From the NCBI GenBank assembly GCA_051439605.1, contig JBFRWN010000017.1:160001-224000 (forward strand): a stretch of 64,000 nucleotides of DNA. The letters run 5' to 3'. Each line of letters opens with the position of its first letter. The first letter of the stretch is position 1. A model generated the notes under the pieces. That model did no database searches, was not told where the DNA came from, and was given only the letters and a program-made list of their open reading frames with translations. The translations under genes were made by a program, and so were the position numbers. This DNA comes from Synechococcus sp. GTDB lineage: Bacteria > Cyanobacteriota > Cyanobacteriia > Thermostichales > PCC-7336. Positions 50,660 to 61,148 of the stretch are shown here, one piece after another.

Positions 50660-51450
50660 TCGAGATTGAAAACTTGTCGGTGACCTTTAACCCAGACAGC
50701 GCAATGGAAACGAGGGCGCTTCGGGGGATTACTCTTACTATTCCTTCCGGTCAATTTGTCACGGTGATAGGCAGTAATGGGGCAGGAAAATCCACGCTGT
50801 TGAGGGCAATTGCTGGAGATATTGCCTGCGATCGCGGTGCCATCTTCATCGAGGGTCAGGAGGTGACCCGCTGGTCTGCCTCCCATCGCGCTCAACTGGT
50901 GGCTCGCGTGTTTCAAGATCCCCTAGCGGGCTCTTGCGCCAATCTCACGATTGCGGAGAATATGGCCCTCGCCTATCGCAGAGGTCAGCGGCGATCGCTG
51001 GCTGCGGCCCTCCGTCCTGGGATGCTGGCTGAATTTCGCAGCCATTTGGCCCGTTTGAATTTGGGATTGGAAGATCGACTGGGCGATCGCATGGGGTTGC
51101 TATCGGGTGGCCAACGGCAGGCGGTCAGCTTGCTAATGGCAACCTTAGCTGCTCGCAAAATATTGCTGCTGGACGAACACACCGCTGCCCTCGATCCCAA
51201 AACCGCTGCTTACGTGGCTAACCTCACCCGGGACATTGTCTCCGAGCAACAGCTGACAACATTGATGGTGACCCACAGTATGCGACAGGCGCTGGACTTG
51301 GGCGTTCGCACGCTAATGCTGCACGAAGGCCAAGTGGTGTTTGACGTGGCGGGGGAGCGACGTGCGGGGCTTGATGTTCCAGATTTGTTGCGGATGTTTG
51401 AAGAGGTCCGCGGGGAGGAATTAGAGATCGATTCCCTGCTGTTGGGCTAG
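50656..51450 (+). CDS. ABC transporter ATP-binding protein (COG1101 type)
   Basis: GSNGAGKST; RVFQDP; LSGGQRQ; LLLDEHTAALDP. ATGA overlap with the permease gene. Confidence 0.9.
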   Translation: MIEIENLSVTFNPDSAMETRALRGITLTIPSGQFVTVIGSNGAGKSTLLRAIAGDIACDRGAIFIEGQEVTRWSASHRAQLVARVFQDPLAGSCANLTIAENMALAYRRGQRRSLAAALRPGMLAEFRSHLARLNLGLEDRLGDRMGLLSGGQRQAVSLLMATLAARKILLLDEHTAALDPKTAAYVANLTRDIVSEQQLTTLMVTHSMRQALDLGVRTLMLHEGQVVFDVAGERRAGLDVPDLLRMFEEVRGEELEIDSLLLG

Positions 51451-51503
51451 CGGTGAAACCTTTCGCTAGTGGGGCACCTGTGATAGCTGCCTAGCCAATC
51501 GCC

Positions 51504-52181
51504 TCAAGCAGCCCAGGCTGCTTCTAGCAGGTTGCAGGCCGCGTGCAGGGAATCAACCACTCTACAGGTCCGCTGGACAATCTCAGCTTGAGGGGGTTGT
51601 AAATCTGGCACGACAATCGTTGTGGCTCCAGCAGTGACCGCCGCCGTTGCGCCAGAGTTAGAGTCTTCGAACACCAGACAGTCCTGCGGTTCGACCCCCA
51701 ACTTTCGAGCTGATTCAAGGTAAATATCTGGAGCGGGCTTGTTCTGGAGAACTTCGTCACCGGTGGTGGTGTGGATAAACCAAGTGCCAATGCCAGAGGC
51801 GGCAATGCTGAGATCTGCTTCAGCGCGCGGGCTAGCGGTGGCGATCGCCTTAGGCATGCCTAATTTATCTAGATAGTCCAGTAAGTCTATTAGTCCAGGT
51901 TTGAGGGGAATACCGTTAGCAGCGATATAGTGTCGCCAGTGTCGATCCCTCAGATCTCGGCATTGTTTCACGGGATAGCTGCTGCCAAAGATATCCTGCA
52001 TGAGGCGATCGCAATCGTCGTTGCTACGGCCCACAAACTGGGCGTACCAGCCATCTTCCTCAAACTGATAGCCACAGTCTGCAACCGCTTGCTTCCAAGC
52101 CATGCGGTAAATGGGCTCCGTGTCTAACATCAGCCCATCCATGTCAAAGATCACCGCTTTAATGCGATCGCGCTGAAGCAT
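51504..52181 (-). CDS. HAD-family phosphatase (subfamily IA)
   Basis: FDMDGLM.DTE; IAT; KPAPDIY; FEDS..G. Confidence 0.9.
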   Translation of the reverse strand: MLQRDRIKAVIFDMDGLMLDTEPIYRMAWKQAVADCGYQFEEDGWYAQFVGRSNDDCDRLMQDIFGSSYPVKQCRDLRDRHWRHYIAANGIPLKPGLIDLLDYLDKLGMPKAIATASPRAEADLSIAASGIGTWFIHTTTGDEVLQNKPAPDIYLESARKLGVEPQDCLVFEDSNSGATAAVTAGATTIVVPDLQPPQAEIVQRTCRVVDSLHAACNLLEAAWAA

Positions 52182-52623
52182 TCGTTAGGTCTCCGTACTG
52201 CTTTTTGTAGGCCATGTCTTGCCGTCATTAGGAGATCGCTCCCTCGGCAATCCTAGGTCAAATCCTGCTGAGATCCCTGTCAGGCAGATAACCCTTGCCA
52301 TAAGCAGCCGTATGACTTTCATGCGATCCTGTTGGTTGGCTAGCCCACTTAACGATGCAACAATTTTTCTACTGTTCCACATCTGAAGCAGCGGTAGAAA
52401 CTGGATGTGTAGACGCTCTTCTTGAAGGGTGTAAAGGAGGGCGATCGTGCTCCTCGCAGTGAATGGAATGGCTGTACCAATAAATGGGAGGGGAAATAAT
52501 CGGCATCATGTGTAGGAACTACATGAATTCAAATTCAGTCACAGTTGCACTCCATTGTAGAAGTTGCTTGAAATGGCATTCAAATGATTTGAGAAAAGGG
52601 AATTCATGAGGTTTAGAGATGAC

Positions 52624-52657
52624 GTGAATGACCTTAGCCAATCAATAGGTCATTCAC
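52624..52657 (-). terminator. 11-bp perfect inverted repeat just downstream of the 52674 gene
   Basis: GTGAATGACCT-N12-AGGTCATTCAC. Confidence 0.55.
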
Positions 52658-52673
52658 ATCGTTGAATAGACCG

Positions 52674-52991
52674 CTACTCAGGGCTCACTCCTCTCTCGGC
52701 ACTTGCGCCTCTCACTTCAAGGGTTTGAAGCACGTCGAGAATATTGCGATCTTGCTGTTGTTGGACAGAGGAAAACGCGCTCGGTTGGCTTGAAGCCACT
52801 TCGACGCCCTCTACCTCAGAATCGAAGCGAGAGACAACTCCACTTTCAGAGCTGGCGCCTTTAGCTTCCAAGTCGGCTAGGCGACTAAGGATGTCAGATT
52901 GTGCGTTTGCTGGGGTAACGTTGCGGAAAGATAGGGCACCGAGGCCCAGACCCAATGCAACAACTAAACGAGAAATGGATTGTGGGTTCAT
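52674..52991 (-). CDS. Small secreted protein with a duplicated ~22-aa motif
   Basis: ATG 52991 with GGAGA 7 nt upstream; signal peptide ending PANA; DILSRLADLEAKGASSESGV vs NILDVLQTLEVRGASAERGV. Confidence 0.7.
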   Translation of the reverse strand: MNPQSISRLVVALGLGLGALSFRNVTPANAQSDILSRLADLEAKGASSESGVVSRFDSEVEGVEVASSQPSAFSSVQQQQDRNILDVLQTLEVRGASAERGVSPE

Positions 52992-53339
52992 GGTCATGTC
53001 TCCAAAGAATTCGAAAAATCTCATGTTCGTAGTTTCTCGATATTCTTCAGGCAGATCAAAGCAAGATCGCAGCTTAAGCAAGCAACTTAGGAGCTCAAGA
53101 AAAGATCGCGGTTCTGAGTAGTTTCTGTCCACTATTGCCTAGAGTTAGCTACTTAAAAGAGAAGTCGATTGAAGCCTCACAAAGAAGATTGCTGAGATGT
53201 AAATTTGGTTTAAGCAATAGTATTCGGATCCAAATGAAAGTTCTGAACGTTGTGGGGTGAATATCAGCTTATCTTGCGGATAATCCTTAAGTTGCGAACT
53301 GGAAATCATGGGGGTATTAACCGCGCCTTCTGAAATTGC

Positions 53340-53374
53340 AAAAAGAAGGACGCATCCCCCAAAGGGACACGTCC
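53340..53374 (-). terminator. Intrinsic terminator downstream of the GGR-family gene
   Basis: On the minus strand: GGACGTGTCCC-tttgg-GGGATGCGTCC-TTCTTTTT. Confidence 0.75.
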
Positions 53375-53475
53375 AAGCATGTATTTTTAAACGAGGGAGA
53401 CAATTGCTTTTGGCTCTAAAAACTCTTTGTATCCGGTGGAGGAGACCGCTCCAGCAGGCAGGTTGTAGTGCTAGC

Positions 53476-54606
53476 TTATCCGCGGCCTGGAATTAAGCTG
53501 CGGCTGAGTTTCTTGATGGCAGACCCTGCAACATCGCTATAACGGAGCTGACCGCACAGGATCTTAACCATTTTCTGAGTGGCTCCGGGGTTGCGCACCC
53601 CCATTTTATAGGCCACACCCGGTACCCGATAGAACACGTTGGCTAGACGCTGCGCCCACACCATATCGCTGCCCCACTCCTCTTGCATCACCTGGCTGTA
53701 ATTGGAGAGGGCATCGGTGCTGCCACCGAGGGCACTGTCGATCGCCTCGGCAGCTTTGATGCCACTGAAGATAGATGGGCGAATGCCTTCCGCCGTAAAC
53801 GGATCGACGACACAGGCTGCTTCCCCTGCCAAGAGAGCATTTTGGGTGTGTAACTTCTGATCGCCGTCCCACAGCCACAGGGGATGTCCGTATTTCTGGA
53901 CAGTTTTGAAATCCACATCAAACTTGCCGGAGTATTCAGACGCAATGTCCTGTAATGGCTGCCGCTGCCCACCGCGAAACGTACCAATACCGATGGAATA
54001 GCCATCTGCCTTGGGGAAATTCCAGATATAGCCATTTTTCACCATGCCAAATTCAAAGTGAGCCACCGTTGCGGGCTCGGGGTTGACCGGAGCCTCTGCC
54101 TCAATTGCTCCTCCAAAGCGGGCTTTGCGTTCTTTGAACCCCAGCCAGCGGGCCATGGGTCCTTTAGCTCCATCGGCTGCAATCAGATACTTTGCTTCGG
54201 CGGCACCGTCTGCTGTTTTGACTTGCCAGCGATCGTTCTTAAATTCGATGCCTTTGGCTTCTGTAGAATCCCGCAGTTCGGCCCCTTGCCCTTGGGCCTG
54301 CTTAATTAGGAAGTGGTCGAAAACGTCACGACGCACCATCCAGATAGGGTCAGATGTCTTAATGGGTGCTTCGACTCGATCGCCCATCTTCCAGGTATAG
54401 CTGATGGTATCCACCTTTAACGAAATCGCTGGGGAAAAATCAAAGTCAAACCATTCCCCCACTACGGGAGAGACACCGCCTCCGCAAGGTTTGTAGCGGG
54501 GGAGGGCTTCTTTCTCTAGTACTAAGACAGAGCGTCCCTGCTTGGCCAGCTTGTAGGCTGCCGCCCCACCTGCCGGACCCGAACCTACAACGATGCAGTC
54601 GTACAT
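53476..54606 (-). CDS. Geranylgeranyl reductase-family FAD oxidoreductase
   Basis: YDCIVVGSGPAG; PRYKPCGGG; R..FD; AADGA; GYIWNFPK; GEAA..VDP.TAEGI. Confidence 0.85.
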   Translation of the reverse strand: MYDCIVVGSGPAGGAAAYKLAKQGRSVLVLEKEALPRYKPCGGGVSPVVGEWFDFDFSPAISLKVDTISYTWKMGDRVEAPIKTSDPIWMVRRDVFDHFLIKQAQGQGAELRDSTEAKGIEFKNDRWQVKTADGAAEAKYLIAADGAKGPMARWLGFKERKARFGGAIEAEAPVNPEPATVAHFEFGMVKNGYIWNFPKADGYSIGIGTFRGGQRQPLQDIASEYSGKFDVDFKTVQKYGHPLWLWDGDQKLHTQNALLAGEAACVVDPFTAEGIRPSIFSGIKAAEAIDSALGGSTDALSNYSQVMQEEWGSDMVWAQRLANVFYRVPGVAYKMGVRNPGATQKMVKILCGQLRYSDVAGSAIKKLSRSLIPGRG

Positions 54607-54929
54607 GGTGTGTTCCTAACTCGATCTCCAATTAGCAGAGGCGAGGCCCCTAGCGTCTCAGAATACTATGCCCTTGTCATGGGATTGGACCTAGCAGGCT
54701 GTGATACAAAAGCTGCAGAAACATAGGGCCGATCGATTGTCTTGCGATGAAGGCCCCTTGCGATCGTAGGTAGCTTCCTTGAACTGCGAACGACATCAAG
54801 CGTCAAGCCACTGAGGACATCTCAGCTTTCCAGAACGCTGCCTAGACATAGATCTCGCAGTCCTAACCCAAATGGCACAAGGAGTACTCCATCATAAAAT
54901 TCGATCCCCTCAAACAGTGAGTGACCAGT

Positions 54930-55217
54930 ATGTCAGACCCCCATTTAATCCAGGCTCACTTGTTCATTGCGGGGACAGTGCAAGGGGTTAGCTACCGAGC
55001 CTACACCCATCAAATGGCCACAAAGATGGGGATATCGGGATGGGTGAAAAACTTACCTGATGGTCGAGTGGAAGCGATGTTTGAGGGCACTCAATCTCAA
55101 GTGGAACAAGCAGTGCAATGGTGCCATGGCGGCAGCCCTGCCGCTGTTGTGAGAGAGGTAGATGTAGTTTACGAATCGCCAACTGGATGCAGTGGTTTCG
55201 AGATTCGCTATCTTTGA
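54930..55217 (+). CDS. acyP: Acylphosphatase
   Basis: G.VQGV.YR; GWVKNLPDGRVE; GSPAA.V; FEIR. Confidence 0.9.
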   Translation: MSDPHLIQAHLFIAGTVQGVSYRAYTHQMATKMGISGWVKNLPDGRVEAMFEGTQSQVEQAVQWCHGGSPAAVVREVDVVYESPTGCSGFEIRYL

Positions 55218-55333
55218 TTTCAGATCCCCCCTGCCCTTCTGATTTTTGCTATGAATTAGCCGAGGTGAACGATATCGCGGGACAAGTTGTTCCGTAAATT
55301 CTGCTGGTTTGTTTTGATTGACCTGCTTTGTCG

Positions 55334-55690
55334 CTAGTCCTCGTTGCAATCATCCAAACGATCGAAGCGATTGTGAAAAAATATCTCATAGATCAGATAG
55401 CTCACGAGCAGTACCATCACGATGCTGGCGAGCCAGAAGGCCACCCGTATAGCAACAATGACTGCAACCACTACGGCAAAAAACTGGATTCCTGCCACGA
55501 TGTTGCGACGCCATCGTCTCATGAGGCTGAGTTTCTTGGACGGTTGCTTGAGGGCATGGTCATCCGAGCGATCGCGACTCATACCGTTGATTTCTTGCTC
55601 CATTTCCTTGAGCCGCAAGGAAAGTTCTTGTTCCCGTCGCAGGGTTTCCCGCTCTTGAAATTCCTGTTCCTGGGGATCTAAAGATGACAT
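55334..55690 (-). CDS. Hypothetical membrane protein (coiled coil plus two TMs)
   Basis: RE.EL.LRL.EMEQEIN followed by two hydrophobic helices. Confidence 0.7.
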   Translation of the reverse strand: MSSLDPQEQEFQERETLRREQELSLRLKEMEQEINGMSRDRSDDHALKQPSKKLSLMRRWRRNIVAGIQFFAVVVAVIVAIRVAFWLASIVMVLLVSYLIYEIFFHNRFDRLDDCNED

Positions 55691-55691
55691 A

Positions 55692-56006
55692 TCAGGGTCT
55701 GGCGATCGCTTGCCGTATCGATGATGCTTTAACTTCTTGTAGGTTACCTCCGATCGAACTGAGCCATACCTGTATTGTATGGAGGGAAAAGATACCCAGC
55801 AGAACCTCGAACGGCAAGCACCATAAATGAGTCAGACGCCCGATCCGTTGAAATCCCGGTCGCTTACCCAACAACCCAATGCCTATCCAGCACAGCCAAA
55901 GTCCAGGTAGTGCAAATAAAGGAACCAACAGGGATATCAGCACCGCTAGGAATAGCGCTAGGAACACCCCCACAAGGATATGTGTGACTGCCAGTAACTG
56001 AATCAC
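55692..56006 (-). CDS. Hypothetical membrane protein
   Basis: Strongly hydrophobic 104-aa ORF ending 1 nt before the next gene's start. Confidence 0.45.
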   Translation of the reverse strand: MIQLLAVTHILVGVFLALFLAVLISLLVPLFALPGLWLCWIGIGLLGKRPGFQRIGRLTHLWCLPFEVLLGIFSLHTIQVWLSSIGGNLQEVKASSIRQAIARP

Positions 56007-56646
56007 AATGGGGTTGCTGCTTTAACTCAATTGCTCCCATTGCCCAACAACTGAAGTTTTGACTATTTCAAAAAATACGCTACTAGTAGCGTCCCAATGT
56101 TAAAGTCAGCCACTGCATATAGCGTCAAGTTTTATTTTGTTAAATCTCCAGATTCTGGCCACAATGAAATAACTCAGTATCATAGTTCCCATAACTGTCG
56201 TTCAGTGGCGATCGAGGCAAGCAATCCTCACTAGCTTCGATAACATTGTCCCGTTCGCGAAGGTCATTATTGGCCTTGGAAGGCAGCACTTCGCTCCTAT
56301 TCACTTTCACCCTCATTTCACCGGCAAATCCTATTTGATGTTCGCTGGTTTCCCTCAATCGTTGACCTGTGACTCAAACAAGGAATGGTGCTGTATTGAA
56401 TGTTAAGCACCCCTGACGGAGGTTTAAGGCAGTACTCGTGAAAACACGTAGTGATAGTTTTATGCTGCGCAGTGACACTGTTGAACAGGAACGCATTTTT
56501 TGTTAGTACTGACCATTTCTACACTGCCGCGGATAAAGGCATGCATCTTATGCTGCCTCTCATGAACATTGCCTTATCCTAAGCTCCCTCATAGCTAGGA
56601 GAAGGCAACACTTGTTGTTTATTTCTGCGTTGAGAGATTGATTGGT

Positions 56647-56808
56647 ATGGAATTCGATCAGATTAAGGCGGTCGTTCAATATGCCTTGGTTTCCGAGGAT
56701 CTCGCCCCTGCAGAGCAGGCCGCTGTTAGAGCTGCTATCCAGTCTGATGCTAATAAAGAGCGCGCAGATTTCTTAGTTGAAATGCTCTCTCTGAAAGCGA
56801 ATCACTAG
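56647..56808 (+). CDS. Putative 53-aa small helical protein
   Basis: Read by hand: MEFDQIKAVVQYALVSEDLAPAEQAAVRAAIQSDANKERADFLVEMLSLKANH*, in an otherwise empty ~1-kb gap. Confidence 0.55.
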   Translation: MEFDQIKAVVQYALVSEDLAPAEQAAVRAAIQSDANKERADFLVEMLSLKANH

Positions 56809-56980
56809 TACTTAACTGATGGGACTATGTGGGTATACCAACATGTCTGTCCTAACTAAGATGGCAGCAGCTTTACGCTGACCATTCAGCTTGAGTTAAT
56901 TCTGTAATCTACTAATCCTGTTGGGTATCATTTAGCGCCCGCTGTATCGAGCAGCGGGCATTTTGATTGTTGGCTGAACG

Positions 56981-57634
56981 CTACGCCAGGAGGAGCTCAG
57001 ATAGGAAAGTCACTCCAATACCTGAAATAAGCCCCCCCAATGCCACCGCAGCAGGAAAGGTTTGTGCTCGCTGTAGCAGCCAGCCGCTAGCGTAGGCGAG
57101 CGCCCCTTGGATCGCCGTAAATCCCATCAGGTATGCCAAAATCGGAGTCGGTTCTGCCCCCACGACCGCTTCACCGTAGGCATAGCCGTGGAAAATCCCC
57201 GCACAAGCAGCGATCGCCGCTAAAGTTACCCACTGATAGGAACGTTGCGTCAGCAGCAGAATGCCCAACAGCAATACAGATGCCGAAATGGCCAACTCAG
57301 CCGAGGGGAGACTCCACTCTTGTAGGTGAATCAGCGTTCCTCCCACTGCAGCGGCCAAAAAAGCGGCTGAAACTCCCCAACCTTTGCTTGAGTCGACGGC
57401 AATTCGTCCAAACGCGATCGCCCCTATGGCGATCGTGAAGGCTAAATGATCTAAGCCAATCACTGGATGACCCAACCCAGACAACAACCCCTCTACAAAT
57501 GTGGTGGGCATGGTTCCACCAAACGGGTGATGGGCGGCAGCTGGTTGAACGGCAAGGGTACTAGCCACAATGACAGCTAACAGGCTAGAACCAACGGCTG
57601 CCGCCGTTTGCTGCAAAAAATTATTGGACCTCAT
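56981..57634 (-). CDS. hupE: HupE/UreJ-family Co/Ni transporter
   Basis: AHHP.GG; GLLSGLGHPVIGLDHL; E..IS.S; FHGYAYGE; downstream of a cobalamin riboswitch. Confidence 0.9.
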   Translation of the reverse strand: MRSNNFLQQTAAAVGSSLLAVIVASTLAVQPAAAHHPFGGTMPTTFVEGLLSGLGHPVIGLDHLAFTIAIGAIAFGRIAVDSSKGWGVSAAFLAAAVGGTLIHLQEWSLPSAELAISASVLLLGILLLTQRSYQWVTLAAIAACAGIFHGYAYGEAVVGAEPTPILAYLMGFTAIQGALAYASGWLLQRAQTFPAAVALGGLISGIGVTFLSELLLA

Positions 57635-57666
57635 CTGTACCTCGCAGATTTCCGAGTTGATACGCT

Positions 57667-57830
57667 GCGGTGGGCATTCTGACTTGGAGTGGGCTATCCC
57701 ACTCTTTACAGCTGCGGGACAGTGGCAGATTTACACTGCGCTTTCCCCAGCTATCCATCGGATTATCTTCTAGACGCGAGATAAGTTCGGACTGGATAAC
57801 TTCCAGAGGCTGGTTCCCACTGGTGCCGTA
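57667..57830 (-). ncRNA. Cobalamin riboswitch
   Basis: Minus strand reads ...GGGAAAG..CAGTG-TAAAT-CTG.CACTGTCCCGCAGCTGT...AAGTCAGAATGCCCACCG (B12 box), in the 5' UTR of hupE. Confidence 0.88.
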
Positions 57831-57899
57831 GCTTAGCAATCGTATCACCGAAGTTTGCTGCCTCGGTATAAGGTAGGCGATGAAGCAATACTGCATTTC

Positions 57900-59825
57900 A
57901 TGGCACGTCAGCATACCGTCCCCTACGGCTCTTGGAAATCCCCCATCACTTCGGATGCGATTGTGGCAGGGAGTATTCGATTAGGAGAACTGCGATTGGG
58001 TGGCTCCGATATTTATTGGAGCGAGGGACGGCCTACAGAGGGGGGCCGAAATGCAGTGGTGCGCTGGCACGATGGCCAGGTGGTGGATGTCTTGCCCGAG
58101 CCCTTTAATGCCCGTACCCGCGTACACGAATACGGTGGGGGAGCTTTTATTGTTTGTGGTGAAACCTTATATTTCTCGAATTTTTCTGACCAGCGGCTGT
58201 ATCGATCTCAGGCAGGTCAACCGCCCGAGCCCGTTACACCAGAAGCCCCGCTGCGATATGCCGATGCCCTGCTCGATGCCTCTAGAAATCGCCTAATTTG
58301 CGTGTTGGAAGACCATAGCCAGCCGGATCGGGAACCCAATAATGCCATTGCTGCCATTGACCTCGAACGGGGTGGCGTCACAATTTTGGCCTCCGGTAAT
58401 GATTTTTATTCCTCTCCTCGCCTCAGTCCGGATGAATCTCAGCTGGCTTGGCTGACCTGGAATCACCCCAATATGCCGTGGGATGGCACGGAGCTGTGGG
58501 TAGCTGACCTTGCCGATACCGGGGAAATGAGTCAGCCCTGCAAGGTTGCCGGTGGACTAGAGGAATCCATCGGCCAGCCCTTGTGGTCGCCGGACGGCAT
58601 TTTGACATTTGTTAGCGATCGCAGCGGCTGGTGGAATTTGTATCGCTGGATCGACGATTCTGTCCAGGCAATCGTCCAGTTAGAGGCGGAATTTGGGGTA
58701 CCCCACTGGGTGTTCCGCATGTCCACCTACGGTTACGAATCTGCCACATCCATTATTTGCGCCTACAGCCAAAATGGCGTTCAGCACCTAGCCCGCTTAC
58801 ATTCCGGAACTGGTGAGTTAAGTCCCATCAACATTCCCTTTACCCGAGTTGGGGGCTTGCAGGTGGATGCTAAACAGGCGATTTTCGCGGCGGGTTCCCC
58901 CACATCTGCGTCGGCGATCGCCCGCCTAGACTTAGCAACATTGGAGGTGAAAATTCTGCGGCGGGTAAGCTCCTTAGAGGTCGATCCCGGCTATATTTCG
59001 GTGCCGGAGGCGATCGCCTTTCCCTCTACGAACGGACGAACGGCTTACGCGTTTTACTATCCCCCCACCAATCAAGATGTCGCAGCTCCTGCGAACGAAA
59101 AACCGCCTTTATTGGTGAAAAGCCACGGCGGTCCCACGGCGGCTACATCCGCCACTCTTGACTGGAGGATTCAATATTGGACCAGCCGCGGAGTGGCGGT
59201 GCTGGATGTGAACTATGGCGGCAGTACCGGATACGGACGTGCCTATCGCGAGGTACTGAAGGGGAACTGGGGCATTGTGGATGTGGATGATTGCTGTAAT
59301 GGGGCGCAATATTTAGTCGATCGAGGATGGGTGGATGGCGATCGACTGGCAATTGATGGAGGCAGTGCCGGTGGGTTCACCACCCTGGCAGCCCTAACGT
59401 TTCGGGATACGTTTAAGGCAGGGGCAAGCCTTTACGGAGTCAGCGATTTGGAGATTCTGGCCCGCGACACCCACAAGTTTGAGGCCCGCTATCTGGACAG
59501 CTTGGTGGGACCTTACCCTGAGGCTAAGGCCATGTATAAGGAACGGGCACCGATTAATCACGTCGATCGCCTCTCTTGCCCGGTCATCTTTTTACAGGGG
59601 GATGAGGACAAGATTGTCCCCCCCAATCAGGCGGAGTTGATGGTGAATGCGCTGAAGGAGAAGGGGTTGCCGGTGGCCTACGTGCTGTTTGAGGGGGAGC
59701 AGCATGGGTTCCGCAAGGCGGAGAATATCAAGCGAGCACTGGATGCAGAGCTGTATTTTTATTCACGGGTCTTTGGGTTCGAGCTGGCGGACAAAATTGA
59801 ACCTGTAGAAATTTTTAACCTCTAA
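57900..59825 (+). CDS. S9-family peptidase (dipeptidyl aminopeptidase/acylaminoacyl peptidase)
   Basis: [31 protein letters not shown] nucleophile; D.IVPP; E.HGFR. Confidence 0.92.
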   Translation: MARQHTVPYGSWKSPITSDAIVAGSIRLGELRLGGSDIYWSEGRPTEGGRNAVVRWHDGQVVDVLPEPFNARTRVHEYGGGAFIVCGETLYFSNFSDQRLYRSQAGQPPEPVTPEAPLRYADALLDASRNRLICVLEDHSQPDREPNNAIAAIDLERGGVTILASGNDFYSSPRLSPDESQLAWLTWNHPNMPWDGTELWVADLADTGEMSQPCKVAGGLEESIGQPLWSPDGILTFVSDRSGWWNLYRWIDDSVQAIVQLEAEFGVPHWVFRMSTYGYESATSIICAYSQNGVQHLARLHSGTGELSPINIPFTRVGGLQVDAKQAIFAAGSPTSASAIARLDLATLEVKILRRVSSLEVDPGYISVPEAIAFPSTNGRTAYAFYYPPTNQDVAAPANEKPPLLVKSHGGPTAATSATLDWRIQYWTSRGVAVLDVNYGGSTGYGRAYREVLKGNWGIVDVDDCCNGAQYLVDRGWVDGDRLAIDGGSAGGFTTLAALTFRDTFKAGASLYGVSDLEILARDTHKFEARYLDSLVGPYPEAKAMYKERAPINHVDRLSCPVIFLQGDEDKIVPPNQAELMVNALKEKGLPVAYVLFEGEQHGFRKAENIKRALDAELYFYSRVFGFELADKIEPVEIFNL

Positions 59826-59884
59826 GGACGATCGACCTTAAATAAAAGATGAGAAACTGCGATCCCTACAGGCAAACGTTGTCT

Positions 59885-61018
59885 TCAAGTTCCACGGCCA
59901 AAGGAAAACTCCGTAAAGCTCAACTCGTTGACTCGGTTCCAAGCATACACTTGCTCTCGAAACGCTTGCCACCCTTCGTAAACCTCCCGAAACTCAGCAT
60001 TTCCTCTTGCGCGATCGGCTAACAGATCGGCAGTTGCCTCCCGAGCTGCCACCAAAATTTCCCGGCTGTACGATCGCAACTCAGTTCCCGCATCCAGCAA
60101 CCGTTGTAACGCTGCCCCATTCAATGCCTCGTAACTGGCCAACATATTGGTATTGGCTTCCGTGGCTGCCGCGGCAATGACCGCTTGATACTCCTGCGGC
60201 AGCTTGCGCCAAGCATTCAAATTCACTTCGATTTCTAATGTGGCCCCCGGCTCCCACCACCCGGGATAGTAATAGTAGGGGGCAATCCTATTCAGCCCCA
60301 ATTTCTCGTCATCGTGTGGGCCGACAAACTCGGCTGCGTCAATGGTGCCGCGCTCCAGCGCAATGTAAATCTCCCCCCCCGGCAACACCTGAACGGACAC
60401 TCCCAGTTGATTCATGACTTCGCCGCCAATACCGGGAATGCGCATTTTGAGCCCCTGTAAATCCCGCAGGGTATTCACCTCTCGTTTAAACCACCCCCCC
60501 ATTTGGGCGCCAGTATTTCCAGCGGGAAAAGCTATGACGTTAAAGTCTGCATACAGCTTGTTCATCGCCTCCAATCCCCCACCGCGATACAGCCAGGCAT
60601 TTTGCTGCTGTGCCGTCAGCCCAAAAGGAATGGCCGTCCCAAACGCCAGAGCCGGATTTTTGCCGATGTAATAGTAGCTGGCTGATTGACCGCATTCCAC
60701 CCCACCAGACTCCACCGTGTCCAGCACTTGCAGCCCGGGTACCAGTGCTCCATCAGGGTAGGGGGTGATGGTAAATCGACCGCCGGTCATAGCAGCGACC
60801 CGATCGCAAAACGCGATCGCACCTCCGTAAATCGTGTCCAAAGATTGAGGATAGCTGGATGCCAAGCGCCACTTCACCTCCGGCAAGCTACTATCCGTAA
60901 CTGCTTCAGGGGAGGATGGAATGGTAGGTGAATGACCTGAGTTAGGGGCGCAAGCAGTCAAAGCCACGGTGCTGGCTAACCCGAATGCAGTGCTTCCAAT
61001 CAGGTGACGGCGTTTCAT
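59885..61018 (-). CDS. TRAP transporter substrate-binding protein (DctP/TakP-like)
   Basis: MKRR twin-arginine-type lipoprotein signal; [41 protein letters not shown]. Confidence 0.9.
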   Translation of the reverse strand: MKRRHLIGSTAFGLASTVALTACAPNSGHSPTIPSSPEAVTDSSLPEVKWRLASSYPQSLDTIYGGAIAFCDRVAAMTGGRFTITPYPDGALVPGLQVLDTVESGGVECGQSASYYYIGKNPALAFGTAIPFGLTAQQQNAWLYRGGGLEAMNKLYADFNVIAFPAGNTGAQMGGWFKREVNTLRDLQGLKMRIPGIGGEVMNQLGVSVQVLPGGEIYIALERGTIDAAEFVGPHDDEKLGLNRIAPYYYYPGWWEPGATLEIEVNLNAWRKLPQEYQAVIAAAATEANTNMLASYEALNGAALQRLLDAGTELRSYSREILVAAREATADLLADRARGNAEFREVYEGWQAFREQVYAWNRVNELSFTEFSFGRGT

Positions 61019-61148
61019 TGAAGATAGCCCGAGACTTCTGAAGCCCAACTGTATCACCGCAGAAGGTACTGAATCAGCAATCATGGCAGATCTATAGCTG
61101 TTGCAATCTCAGCCTTTACTCTTGAGCACAACTCATCTCATCACAATC

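Noticed and set aside
53476..54606. Calling this gene chlP
   Set aside because: It belongs to the same family but lacks the ChlP-specific signature (KPCGGAIPLCM), so it is treated as a paralogue.
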